Sequence record: NC_048054.1
Strand: one strand, 5' to 3'
Length of the DNA stretch: 64,000 bases
Made by a program: the position numbers and the translations under genes. Shown piece by piece: positions 1-8,141 of this stretch; position 1 is the first letter of the stretch; each line of letters opens with the position of its first letter. Below the pieces are notes generated by a model that worked only from the letters and a program-made list of their open reading frames with translations, was not told the DNA's origin and made no database searches.

Positions 1-1
1 C

Positions 2-409
2 GCACTGCGTATGGGCCACTTGGTTATCATTGATACCGAGAGCGCCGAAGAGTACATGCGTAGCAGCAAACTGGCGCAGAAAGAAATGCGCAACCTGAAC
101 AAAATGAACGCGGCTATCTCGGCTGAGCTGGGCGAAGAAAGCGGTGAACTGCAAGCTATCGATCTGGGTGGCGGTGCTCGCAAGAAAGAAATCATCTTTG
201 AAGGCGGCGAAGAGTTCTCCAAAAACCAGTTCGTTAACGCATTCATCATGCGAGCGCAGGAAGACAGCGAAGAATCTGATGACAATCTGGAACGTGAATT
301 CCTGTCTCGCGGTCTCGGTCTGCCTGTATCTGAACTCAACATTCTGCGTGAGCACATCACTCGCCCAGCAATCGTTGAACTGATCGTTCAGGCTCTTGAC
401 GACGCGTAA
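2..409 (+). CDS. Hypothetical acidic protein, 5' end probably outside the window
   Basis: Frame is open from position 2 to stop at 409; followed by a terminator. Confidence 0.7.
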   Translation, partial: ALRMGHLVIIDTESAEEYMRSSKLAQKEMRNLNKMNAAISAELGEESGELQAIDLGGGARKKEIIFEGGEEFSKNQFVNAFIMRAQEDSEESDDNLEREFLSRGLGLPVSELNILREHITRPAIVELIVQALDDA

Positions 410-425
410 TCGACAAGCCATAGAC

Positions 426-464
426 AAAAAAAATGGGAGGCCCCGAAAGGAGTCTCCCATTTTT
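426..464. terminator. Bidirectional intrinsic terminator between convergent genes
   Basis: A-run, ATGGGAGGCCCC-GAAA-GGAGTCTCCCAT hairpin, T-run. Confidence 0.85.
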
Positions 465-465
465 A

Positions 466-645
466 TTACTGCTGCTGTTCTGTTTGCTTGCGTAAACGAT
501 CAAGAAGTCCTGACGATTCGCCTGGCTTAATCAAACGCGGTTCAACTTTGATGCGATTGATTAGGCGTTGCATACGACGAATGCTACGACTGCGTAATGC
601 TTCTACTGAGTGCTGCTTAAACTGCTTTCTGAATTTCAAAGCCAT
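466..645 (-). CDS. Small basic hypothetical protein (59 aa, MALKFRKQFKQHSVEALRSRS...)
   Basis: ATG immediately after the primase stop with AAGGAAAG upstream; below the ORF-track cutoff. Confidence 0.7.
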   Translation of the reverse strand: MALKFRKQFKQHSVEALRSRSIRRMQRLINRIKVEPRLIKPGESSGLLDRLRKQTEQQQ

Positions 646-646
646 T

Positions 647-1705
647 CTACTTTCCTTTCTTCTCTATTGCCTTAGGTCTATTCCATCCAAGTGCTTTAGC
701 TGGCATGATACACTTCTTACCGTGAATGTCACGTAGCGTCATGCGAACTTCTTTGATCAACTTGAATGGTGCGTTGTCTGGGTCGAGTTTAATCAGCTTA
801 CCATCTTCGTCAAACTCACGAGGCAGTTTAAAGTGTTTGACTGGTACTGGTGAGTTCTTCGCAAATTCATCCTTGATCTTGGTGCGCAACAACTTCCCGC
901 CGCCGTCGTTATCCGTCATGGTGTACACGACACTCACGCCAAGCATCTCAATCGTTCTGCGTTTTGTTTCACCGAACTGCTCTGCGCCAAGAACTGCCAA
1001 AGCAGGTATGCCATACGATAACAGTGCGAGCGCATCACGAGGACCTTCCACCAATACAACGTAACGCAGCTTGTATTTCTTCAAACACTCTTTGACTAAT
1101 GGGAGTGGGAACAGGCCTTTGTCTTTTGCCCAATCACCTTGCGAGTTCACATAGCTGGTGCCGTTCATTTGCTTACGCAGATATGCAGCGATACCGCCTA
1201 TGTATTTCGTTCCGTGTTTGCATGGGAAGAAACAAACGTTGGTTCCTGTGTGCTGTGCGTTAAGCAAACCACCAGCAGCACGAACAAGTGCTCCAGGATA
1301 ACCGCGCCACTCAACATCAAGCGGCCACTCCATGTAGCTCTTACGCCCAAGCGCTTTCATCAACAGGCCGACAGATGGATAAGTACCAATCTTTGAACCA
1401 ATCTGGTCATACGTTTTGAGCAACGCGCTGAGAGAGTTGGTGCCAGCGTCTTTTAATGCCCAGCCCTTAATCTCTTGCAGCTTCGCGTGTGCGGCGAGTT
1501 TGTTCCAGCCGCCCTTCTCACCGCATCCAAAGCAGTGAAAGAATCCAAGCGGTATCTCCATCCCTACAGATGTGTAAATACCACAACTAGGAGTCTTATC
1601 GCTGTGGAACGGACAGCACACCATAACAGTGTCACCGTTGTATTTCTTCTCGCCTGGCAGTTTGCCAATTTCTTCGAGAATTATCTGATGGACATCTTCT
1701 GCCAT
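647..1705 (-). CDS. dnaG: DNA primase (CHC2 zinc finger + TOPRIM)
   Basis: CCPFHSDKTPSC...HCFGC zinc finger; VLVEGPRDALAL and TDNDGGG TOPRIM motifs. Confidence 0.92.
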   Translation of the reverse strand: MAEDVHQIILEEIGKLPGEKKYNGDTVMVCCPFHSDKTPSCGIYTSVGMEIPLGFFHCFGCGEKGGWNKLAAHAKLQEIKGWALKDAGTNSLSALLKTYDQIGSKIGTYPSVGLLMKALGRKSYMEWPLDVEWRGYPGALVRAAGGLLNAQHTGTNVCFFPCKHGTKYIGGIAAYLRKQMNGTSYVNSQGDWAKDKGLFPLPLVKECLKKYKLRYVVLVEGPRDALALLSYGIPALAVLGAEQFGETKRRTIEMLGVSVVYTMTDNDGGGKLLRTKIKDEFAKNSPVPVKHFKLPREFDEDGKLIKLDPDNAPFKLIKEVRMTLRDIHGKKCIMPAKALGWNRPKAIEKKGK

Positions 1706-1744
1706 ACCATCCTCTATTCGTTTCGTAATTTACGCATATAAGCA

Positions 1745-1753
1745 TATTTACAG
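1745..1753 (-). promoter_or_regulatory. CTGTAAATA motif upstream of primase (candidate phage-sigma promoter)
   Basis: TATTTACAG on + strand in the 64-nt divergent intergenic region; recurs before other replication genes. Confidence 0.5.
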
Positions 1754-1769
1754 ATAAAGGACGTTAAGA

Positions 1770-2105
1770 ATGGGTAATCCACATCGCTACGTGCATTCTG
1801 CTGTTCGCCGCTTTTATGATCGGCACTGGCTACAGTTTTGTGATCTACTCAAAGTCGAACCTCAAACATTAGGCGCGTTCAACAATCAGGGTGATATGAT
1901 AGGCCTTTCTTTGCCTGCCGATTCTGATATTGAAGCAATGACCAAGAGTCTGCGTTTGATGTACTCCGTCAAGGAAGAAGGTGTTGAAGTACGCTGTTAC
2001 CTGTTTGGTACTCGCTACTACAAGTTCGTTTTCTTTGAACAAACAATTGCCGTAAGCGAGGATGACAATGAGAACGTTCGCAAACGTACCAGCGCGAGTC
2101 AATGA
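1770..2105 (+). CDS. Hypothetical protein
   Basis: 111-aa ORF with AAGGA upstream. Confidence 0.7.
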   Translation: MGNPHRYVHSAVRRFYDRHWLQFCDLLKVEPQTLGAFNNQGDMIGLSLPADSDIEAMTKSLRLMYSVKEEGVEVRCYLFGTRYYKFVFFEQTIAVSEDDNENVRKRTSASQ

Positions 2106-3153
2106 TACTCGCGTATTGTCGCGCATCGGAAAGATGATCGATGCTGCGCTCGACGTAAAGAATCAAGAGAAGCGCTGGCCCAAGAAACGCGTCAGCCCTT
2201 CAATGTTTCCTATCTGTGCGATTCAAGAAACGGCCAAGTTGATTTACCAGAAGCATAACAAGTGCATGACTGGTGAGTCTGGTACGTTGCTGAACATCTT
2301 TGCGAAAGCAGGGACAGGGATGCACGAATCGTTGCAGAATGCTCTGGGCCACAGTGGTCAGATGGTTGGCCACTGGAAGTGTACCAACGAGAAGTGCGTA
2401 GAGTACCCGAAGACCAAAGGCAAAGAGGTTGACGGTAAGTACAAGAAAGGAAAGTACACGCGAACTCGAAGCACGAACAACCGCTGCCCATCTTGCGATC
2501 AACCTATGGCTTATGCAGAACTGAAAGTCCTGTACAAGTCACTCAAAGGTTACGTCGATGGATTGATTGATAATCTTGATGGCACGTACAGCCTGATCGA
2601 TTTGAAATCAACTATGGTCACTAAGGCCGCAGACGGTTCGTTCTTTGTTAAGTACCATCGCTTTCAGATCGCAACCTACGCCTATCTTCTCAAAAAGCGT
2701 TATGGCTATAACATCGTGGACTATACTCTGGTATACGTACCGCGTGACAACCCTAAAAAGTTTGTCGAGAAGACCTTTGTGTTTGACGAGGCAGAGTCGA
2801 AACGCGCAAAAGATTTTATGATGGAGCAAATACGCGCATGGGATGCTGCGGTAAAATCGGCGCGCACTGGTGATCTGCTGCCAGCTATTAAACGTAAGCC
2901 GTGCAAGAGCGCTGAGTATTATTGGGACGAGTTCCATGGATATGACACATGCCCTTTTGTTGACTATTGCTTTATTCAATCACACATGATTGACTTCATG
3001 AAGAAGTTAGAGCAGCGAATCATGGCCAACCCCGACCTGACTTATATGGAAATCGTAAGTACGGGACGGAAAACTCAACAACAAGGTCTGCTGCCGGACA
3101 AGAAGCAGAAGTCTCAACGTCCGAAGCATATCGTAAAAACATTTGAGCTATGA
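2062..3153 (+). CDS. Cas4/RecB-like PD-(D/E)xK exonuclease, probable Fe-S and zinc-ribbon cysteines (start may be 2068)
   Basis: GTGMHE, GYVDGL, LIDLKS and QIATY nuclease motifs; one N-terminal Cys plus C-terminal C...CPFVDYC; inserted CTNEKC...CPSC. Confidence 0.8.
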   Translation: MTMRTFANVPARVNDTRVLSRIGKMIDAALDVKNQEKRWPKKRVSPSMFPICAIQETAKLIYQKHNKCMTGESGTLLNIFAKAGTGMHESLQNALGHSGQMVGHWKCTNEKCVEYPKTKGKEVDGKYKKGKYTRTRSTNNRCPSCDQPMAYAELKVLYKSLKGYVDGLIDNLDGTYSLIDLKSTMVTKAADGSFFVKYHRFQIATYAYLLKKRYGYNIVDYTLVYVPRDNPKKFVEKTFVFDEAESKRAKDFMMEQIRAWDAAVKSARTGDLLPAIKRKPCKSAEYYWDEFHGYDTCPFVDYCFIQSHMIDFMKKLEQRIMANPDLTYMEIVSTGRKTQQQGLLPDKKQKSQRPKHIVKTFEL

Positions 3154-3560
3154 GCATACAAAAAGATTATGAACGATCATTGCGCCGACTTAAGGAGTCT
3201 GTCTATCGCACTGAACAGCTAGGTTATGTAGTGCCTCGCTGCATCGACGTTATTCTTTCTAAGGTAAAGCCGCCTGATCAGGTGAAGTCACGTAAGTATC
3301 TGGTAATGCTGATGTTGGTCAGCCAGACCTGTGACAATCTGCGATCTGCCTTGGCCATGAGAGAACAACTGGTAGTCAAGATGGCTCTACTCAGTCGCAA
3401 ACACCCAACGCCAGAGATTCAACGTCGCATTAGACGTCTGGAAGAACTGGTCAATAATCAAGACAAGAACATCGAAGGCCAGAGATTGCTCTTGAACTAC
3501 AGAGCGGATATCTTGACTGATATTCTCGACGGCAAAGAACCCAACTCACGATACACTTGA
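3150..3560 (+). CDS. Hypothetical helical/coiled-coil protein
   Basis: 136-aa ORF coupled to the previous gene by ATGA overlap. Confidence 0.75.
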   Translation: MSIQKDYERSLRRLKESVYRTEQLGYVVPRCIDVILSKVKPPDQVKSRKYLVMLMLVSQTCDNLRSALAMREQLVVKMALLSRKHPTPEIQRRIRRLEELVNNQDKNIEGQRLLLNYRADILTDILDGKEPNSRYT

Positions 3561-3567
3561 GGTACTC

Positions 3568-4032
3568 ATGGAAATTTATGTAAGCCTGAGTCAGGACAGC
3601 ACGTACAAGAACCGCAGCCGCGTGTCTAGCCCTGAGTCTACTACTGGACGTGCGGACCTGTCCGACTATGCTTCATTGGAGAAGAAACTCCGTCTCACAG
3701 AAGAAGCCAAAGACAAAGAAAAACTAGCTCAAAAGGCTGGTGGCGGTGATTCTGTAAAGGGTAAGAAAGGCGCCAAGAAATCTGGTGAAACTAAACCCGA
3801 AGAAGACGATACTGACATTGATACCGATGGTGGTGACGATGAAACAGATGACGCTTCCGATGATACTGGAGACGACTCCGATGGAAAGTCTAAGGCTAAG
3901 AAAGGTGGAAAGAAATCTGACGCCGGTGGAGATGCTGACGCAGAAGACGCAGAAGACCCTGACGCGGATGAATCCGAAGGTGATGACGGGGATGCAGATG
4001 CTGAAAGCATTGATGACGAGGACCTCGAATAG
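3568..4032 (+). CDS. Low-complexity D/K-rich protein with N-terminal MEIYVSLS motif
   Basis: GAGG RBS; 154 aa; N-terminus shared with the 7797 ORF. Confidence 0.8.
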   Translation: MEIYVSLSQDSTYKNRSRVSSPESTTGRADLSDYASLEKKLRLTEEAKDKEKLAQKAGGGDSVKGKKGAKKSGETKPEEDDTDIDTDGGDDETDDASDDTGDDSDGKSKAKKGGKKSDAGGDADAEDAEDPDADESEGDDGDADAESIDDEDLE

Positions 4033-4525
4033 CGATCCCGTCGATGTGCCGAAAACGCATGATGCAATGATCGAAGTTCTGATCGCCATTCGTTATATGT
4101 GCATGAAGCGAATGGTTTATCCTGTCGTTGCCGCAACAATCGAGCAGAGCAATAACTATCTGGTGATGAACAAGGCTTGTCTCCAAATGAAGCCTACGAA
4201 AGTTTTCACCGCCCTGCAAGATCCAAACTGTGAAGTGAACTCGCGTTGGTTATTACGTGCGTTCACTCGCACAGCATTGCACTTCGACCTGTTGCCTGTG
4301 ATAGCAGACAGAAGCGGTGACTTCCAGCCGTTAATCACTCGCTATTTCACACAGGATGATCCTGACTTCGCGTATCGTCGTCAGTACGACATTCGGAACC
4401 TGACCCAGCTTACACAAATTCGTAAGCCGCGAATGTATCTGCTTAATGGAGTTAATTATGGCGTACAAATCACTCGCCAAGAAACCGAAGAAGTCGAAAG
4501 CCGCCAAAGAGGCCGAGACTCGTAA
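4013..4525 (+). CDS. Hypothetical protein (start 4013 or 4067)
   Basis: 3' part of ORF 3785..4525; the upstream part overlaps the 3568 gene. Confidence 0.65.
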   Translation: MTRTSNSDPVDVPKTHDAMIEVLIAIRYMCMKRMVYPVVAATIEQSNNYLVMNKACLQMKPTKVFTALQDPNCEVNSRWLLRAFTRTALHFDLLPVIADRSGDFQPLITRYFTQDDPDFAYRRQYDIRNLTQLTQIRKPRMYLLNGVNYGVQITRQETEEVESRQRGRDS

Positions 4526-5114
4526 CAAGGCGCACAAACAGGCTAAGCGTGGCAAGCTCGCGCAGGCAGTTAAAACTATCAGTGCTGCTACAGCCAAGTC
4601 TCGTCGCATGACAAAAGGTGAGAAACGCGCAATTCAATTGCAGCCATTCAAACCACAAGTTGTGCCTCAGCCACCGAAGACTCCTCTGATGGAAAAAGGT
4701 CTGTCGCTTACTGCACTGATGCGCTCGACACCTCGCCTGATGAAAGAGAACGCGATGGAGTGTTACGTTAACGGTGTGAAACGCGGTAAGACGAACAAAG
4801 GTCTGCCTGTCATCACTGCTAACGTGCGTCACAAAGATCCACTGCGCCCCAATAAAACAGTGCGCATTCACAAGCCGATGATCATCGGTCTGGATGACCC
4901 GTTCAAGCCTATTTCAAAACAAAAGCGTGTGCTGGTCAGTTGTCCATGTGAGAACTTTGTTTTCATGTGGGAGTATGCGAACGCCGAACACGGCTGTGCG
5001 CGAATTATTTACGGTAACGGCGAGCCGCCTGACTTCACTAACCCAGGACACGCACCTGGTTTGTGTAAGCACCTGATGGCTTTAGCCGATCAAGTCAAAC
5101 GCAACGGAGATTAA
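4458..5114 (+). CDS. SWIM zinc-finger protein with basic N-terminus
   Basis: VSCPCENF...GLCKHL (CxC...CxH); GGAG RBS before ATG 4458. Confidence 0.75.
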   Translation: MAYKSLAKKPKKSKAAKEAETRNKAHKQAKRGKLAQAVKTISAATAKSRRMTKGEKRAIQLQPFKPQVVPQPPKTPLMEKGLSLTALMRSTPRLMKENAMECYVNGVKRGKTNKGLPVITANVRHKDPLRPNKTVRIHKPMIIGLDDPFKPISKQKRVLVSCPCENFVFMWEYANAEHGCARIIYGNGEPPDFTNPGHAPGLCKHLMALADQVKRNGD

Positions 5115-5119
5115 TCTCG

Positions 5120-5401
5120 ATGTTCTTTAAAAATCCTGCGATGGGTGTTGTGCCCAGCCAGCCAATCATTCACTCGATTACAGAGATGCACCGCCGTGTT
5201 GCAGAACTGAACGGTGAACTGATCGCTGCTGGTTGTACTGTAGTTGAGAACTGCGGTGAGATGCTGATTGAAGTACCTGCTGGTGCATCTATCACTGTGG
5301 ATGAAATCGTGCAGCGTCATATGGACATGTTCAAAGGTCCACTCGTTAGTCGTCCTGCTCGTTTGCAAATCGGAGGCGAAGATGCAGAAGCAGAAATTTA
5401 A
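5120..5401 (+). CDS. Hypothetical protein
   Basis: 93-aa ORF in a tightly packed operon. Confidence 0.65.
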   Translation: MFFKNPAMGVVPSQPIIHSITEMHRRVAELNGELIAAGCTVVENCGEMLIEVPAGASITVDEIVQRHMDMFKGPLVSRPARLQIGGEDAEAEI

Positions 5402-5813
5402 TCCTGCAATCAATAGTGTGTCGTTACACTTTGGTCCGCACATCGTTCATGGTCATGCAGAAGAAAGCGCATTTGGTCAAGTGATGCAGAACATGTTGCT
5501 GCGCGAGATCAACAAAACATGTGGCGAGATGTTCGAGAAGCTGGCTGGTACCCCTGCCGCCGCTCCTACATCATTCGATTTTTCTGAGGTAGAAGCCAGC
5601 AGCATTCTTGCGTCGATCCAGCGTTGGCGTGAGATGCTTGACAAGCAAGAACCTGTCAAGGAATTCGAGCCGTGCTCCGTGCCTGACTGGATGCGCCCAG
5701 GTCTTCGTGCGAAAGGCATGACTGACGAACAGATTGATAAGATCATTATCACTGCCGTCGAGCCTTCGTTTGAAGACGTTCCTGGTATTGTGCTGAGAAC
5801 GGTGTCTGCCTAA
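5382..5813 (+). CDS. Hypothetical protein
   Basis: GGAGG RBS before ATG 5382 (MQKQKFNP). Confidence 0.7.
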   Translation: MQKQKFNPAINSVSLHFGPHIVHGHAEESAFGQVMQNMLLREINKTCGEMFEKLAGTPAAAPTSFDFSEVEASSILASIQRWREMLDKQEPVKEFEPCSVPDWMRPGLRAKGMTDEQIDKIIITAVEPSFEDVPGIVLRTVSA

Positions 5814-6028
5814 TGGCATGTTCAGGTTGCGGCCGTCGTAGCACACGCATTAGCTATCACGGCGCTTCTGCTCCTCAAGTCGAAGTTGAAGAGGACGATA
5901 CGTTAAGCGCTGCGCGTTTAACTCCAATGGGCTGGGTACGCACCTGCGTTAAGTGCGGGAAAGTGTCTGAGCCTTCACCCTTTGCAGAAAACATCAATAA
6001 GCCATGTGACTGCACTTTAGACGAGTGA
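5813..6028 (+). CDS. Small Cys-rich putative zinc-binding protein
   Basis: CSGC, CVKC and CDC motifs; TAATG coupling. Confidence 0.65.
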   Translation: MACSGCGRRSTRISYHGASAPQVEVEEDDTLSAARLTPMGWVRTCVKCGKVSEPSPFAENINKPCDCTLDE

Positions 6029-6759
6029 TCATGATGAACAATCTCGTTGGCCTTGTGGCCGCTCTGGACCATTGTCGCTTCTATGCGGAGAATATGGTTC
6101 ACATTCAATTCGGCAGTTCTCTCTGTGTTGTGCCTCCAGAGGCGCCATACAATCAACCAATCAATGAGCGTCGTCTGCACTCATTGGCGGAAAGCATCGA
6201 GCTGGCATTCGATAATGCAATCAGCCGCACCGATTTGGAATTTCCTATTCAAGGTATTCTCTATCGCTTCCGTTCTCTCTTTGGTCAGTACGCTGCGCAA
6301 TATCGTGAAGACCTGTCGCGTGGCAATCCGTACAAGGCCAAGCAAGAAACTCTGACGCCCGCAGTACCTGAGTGTCTGCCTGGTGAGCATGAGAAAGAGT
6401 TCGCATCACGTTTCCTCAAGTACACGGCAGACCAAGTTCAGGCATTTCTGACTATGGTGTATTTTGATCAGTACGCGCGTGAACAAACTGACTGCTGGCT
6501 GCCTGCTCCTGCTCCTGCGTTTGATCATCCCACGAACACCTTCAATGAAAGCCCATTAGCGTTTACGGCTACGCATAACGTTCTGGTCAATCATTTGATG
6601 GAAGCGATGCTGAAAACGTATAGCGATACGCTGGACATTCATGTGTCGTTGCGCGACTACGGCGTGTCTGTATTATTCCCACTGGTGGCTGAATGCCGTA
6701 ACGTGATTTACGCTGCATGGCCTATCCCGAACGCTAAAGGACAAAAAGCAAATGTCTGA
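6025..6759 (+). CDS. Hypothetical protein
   Basis: 244-aa ORF overlapping its neighbours. Confidence 0.75.
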   Translation: MIMMNNLVGLVAALDHCRFYAENMVHIQFGSSLCVVPPEAPYNQPINERRLHSLAESIELAFDNAISRTDLEFPIQGILYRFRSLFGQYAAQYREDLSRGNPYKAKQETLTPAVPECLPGEHEKEFASRFLKYTADQVQAFLTMVYFDQYAREQTDCWLPAPAPAFDHPTNTFNESPLAFTATHNVLVNHLMEAMLKTYSDTLDIHVSLRDYGVSVLFPLVAECRNVIYAAWPIPNAKGQKANV

Positions 6760-7285
6760 TTCTATTCAATTCGATAAACAAAATGAGTGGGAAGACTTCG
6801 GTAGCGCTGTCTACGAAGAATTTCGTCTGAACGTAATGACGGGAAGTAGCAGTGCCAGTCAGATCCCAACTGTCGCACCGTTCGAAGACGTGAAGCACCA
6901 ACTAAGCTATTCGAGCATTCTGCCTGAAGGTGAGCAGTCGCCTATCGTTGTGCTTGACATTCTTGTCATGGAAATCGATCTGGCTGAAGGTGAATCCAGC
7001 AGCTACAATGCAGACAGTCTGGACGAAGCTGTGCGTAAAGTTGTGACACTGTACCAGGCTCGCGCTCGCGATCTTGACTGCCACCTTACAGGCAACTTCA
7101 TCACAGCAGACCACAAAGTCAATGGTGCGCTGCTGCGTATCTATCGCAATCAGGACTTTGTGTGCAAAGGTCACCCTGAACTTCTGCATGGTAAACCGCT
7201 CGGTATGTTCCACTGCGACAAATGCGGCCAACTGCAACAGGCTGGCTGCTTCCACTTACCCAAAGAGGAAACTCAAAATGGTTAA
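6752..7285 (+). CDS. Hypothetical protein with C-terminal CxxC
   Basis: 177 aa; FHCDKCG...GCFH. Confidence 0.75.
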   Translation: MSDSIQFDKQNEWEDFGSAVYEEFRLNVMTGSSSASQIPTVAPFEDVKHQLSYSSILPEGEQSPIVVLDILVMEIDLAEGESSSYNADSLDEAVRKVVTLYQARARDLDCHLTGNFITADHKVNGALLRIYRNQDFVCKGHPELLHGKPLGMFHCDKCGQLQQAGCFHLPKEETQNG

Positions 7286-7745
7286 AGGTGGTCTGTGGCG
7301 AGTCTTCCCTGATTACGATTCAGAGGAGATGCTGCTGAAACTCGGTGCTGCTATCGGCATCGACCGTGATAGCGATGATGTGCCAGAAGAACTGCACGTC
7401 ACACTCGCCTATGACGAAACAAACCCTGACGTCAAAGCAGAGGTAAACGATGCTGGCGAGTTCTTCGCTACCGTCGCTTCTGCTGAACTGTTCGGCGAAG
7501 GTCAAGATAAGATTTTGGTGCTTGTGCTCGAATCGCCTGACCTACAACAGGAACACACTCGCATTCACGCATGTGGTGCAGCGGAGTTTTGGCACTCGCC
7601 GTATCGCCCGCACGTCACGTTGCTGAAACACGCGAAAGACAGTCAGGCTGAATATCTCAATCAGATCATTCAGCACCCAGGACGCCCTCCAATTACTCTG
7701 CGCTTTATTGATGAAGATCGCAAGGTGTTGGAGAAGCGTAGCTAA
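7278..7745 (+). CDS. 2H phosphoesterase, T4 gp57B/Acb1-like (candidate anti-CBASS)
   Basis: Two HxT motifs (LHVTLAY, RPHVTLL); LVLVLESPDL...H...GA...Y.PHVTL matches the recalled T4 57B pattern; GAGG RBS; 155 aa. Confidence 0.8.
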   Translation: MVKGGLWRVFPDYDSEEMLLKLGAAIGIDRDSDDVPEELHVTLAYDETNPDVKAEVNDAGEFFATVASAELFGEGQDKILVLVLESPDLQQEHTRIHACGAAEFWHSPYRPHVTLLKHAKDSQAEYLNQIIQHPGRPPITLRFIDEDRKVLEKRS

Positions 7746-7796
7746 AATCTAGCGGTGGCCTTGTGCTGCCGCTTTTGTCATTCTGGAGTAAATCCC

Positions 7797-8108
7797 ATGG
7801 AAATCTTTGTAAGCCTCGCACATGAGATTCGTGTTGATCGTCAGGACAAGCCAGAGAAATCTCAGCCTCTCGATGGTCAGCAACGCGCACTGGAGCAACA
7901 AGACCAGCAGCGCATCAAAGAGGAGTATGGCATTGATACGCCCAAGGAAGAGATTGAGCAGAAAGAGAAAGAGCGTATCGAGCGTGAGCAGGAACAGCGT
8001 GAAGAAAATAGCGTCAAGCCACCAGCAGATTTGGGCCAGCGCAAGCCTGATGCAGAGCTGACTGGTTCAGAGATTCAAGATCAACACGACAACCTCACGA
8101 AGATCTAG
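7797..8108 (+). CDS. Charged low-complexity protein with N-terminal MEIFVSLA motif
   Basis: GGAG RBS before ATG 7797; 103 aa. Confidence 0.75.
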   Translation: MEIFVSLAHEIRVDRQDKPEKSQPLDGQQRALEQQDQQRIKEEYGIDTPKEEIEQKEKERIEREQEQREENSVKPPADLGQRKPDAELTGSEIQDQHDNLTKI

Positions 8109-8112
8109 GAAT

Positions 8113-8121
8113 CTGTAAATA
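8113..8121 (+). promoter_or_regulatory. CTGTAAATA motif upstream of the sigma factor gene
   Basis: Intergenic exact copy. Confidence 0.5.
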
Positions 8122-8141
8122 AGAGTCAAAGCAACTAACAG

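Noticed and set aside
488-736. Plus-strand ORF 488..736
   Set aside because: Lies just after a terminator, has no RBS, and is antisense to the primase and the better-supported 466-645 ORF
3785-4012. 5' extension of ORF 3785..4525 and similar upstream extensions (7074, 14411, 15427, 47819, 52234, 43124)
   Set aside because: They overlap upstream genes or terminators; downstream ATGs have proper RBSs
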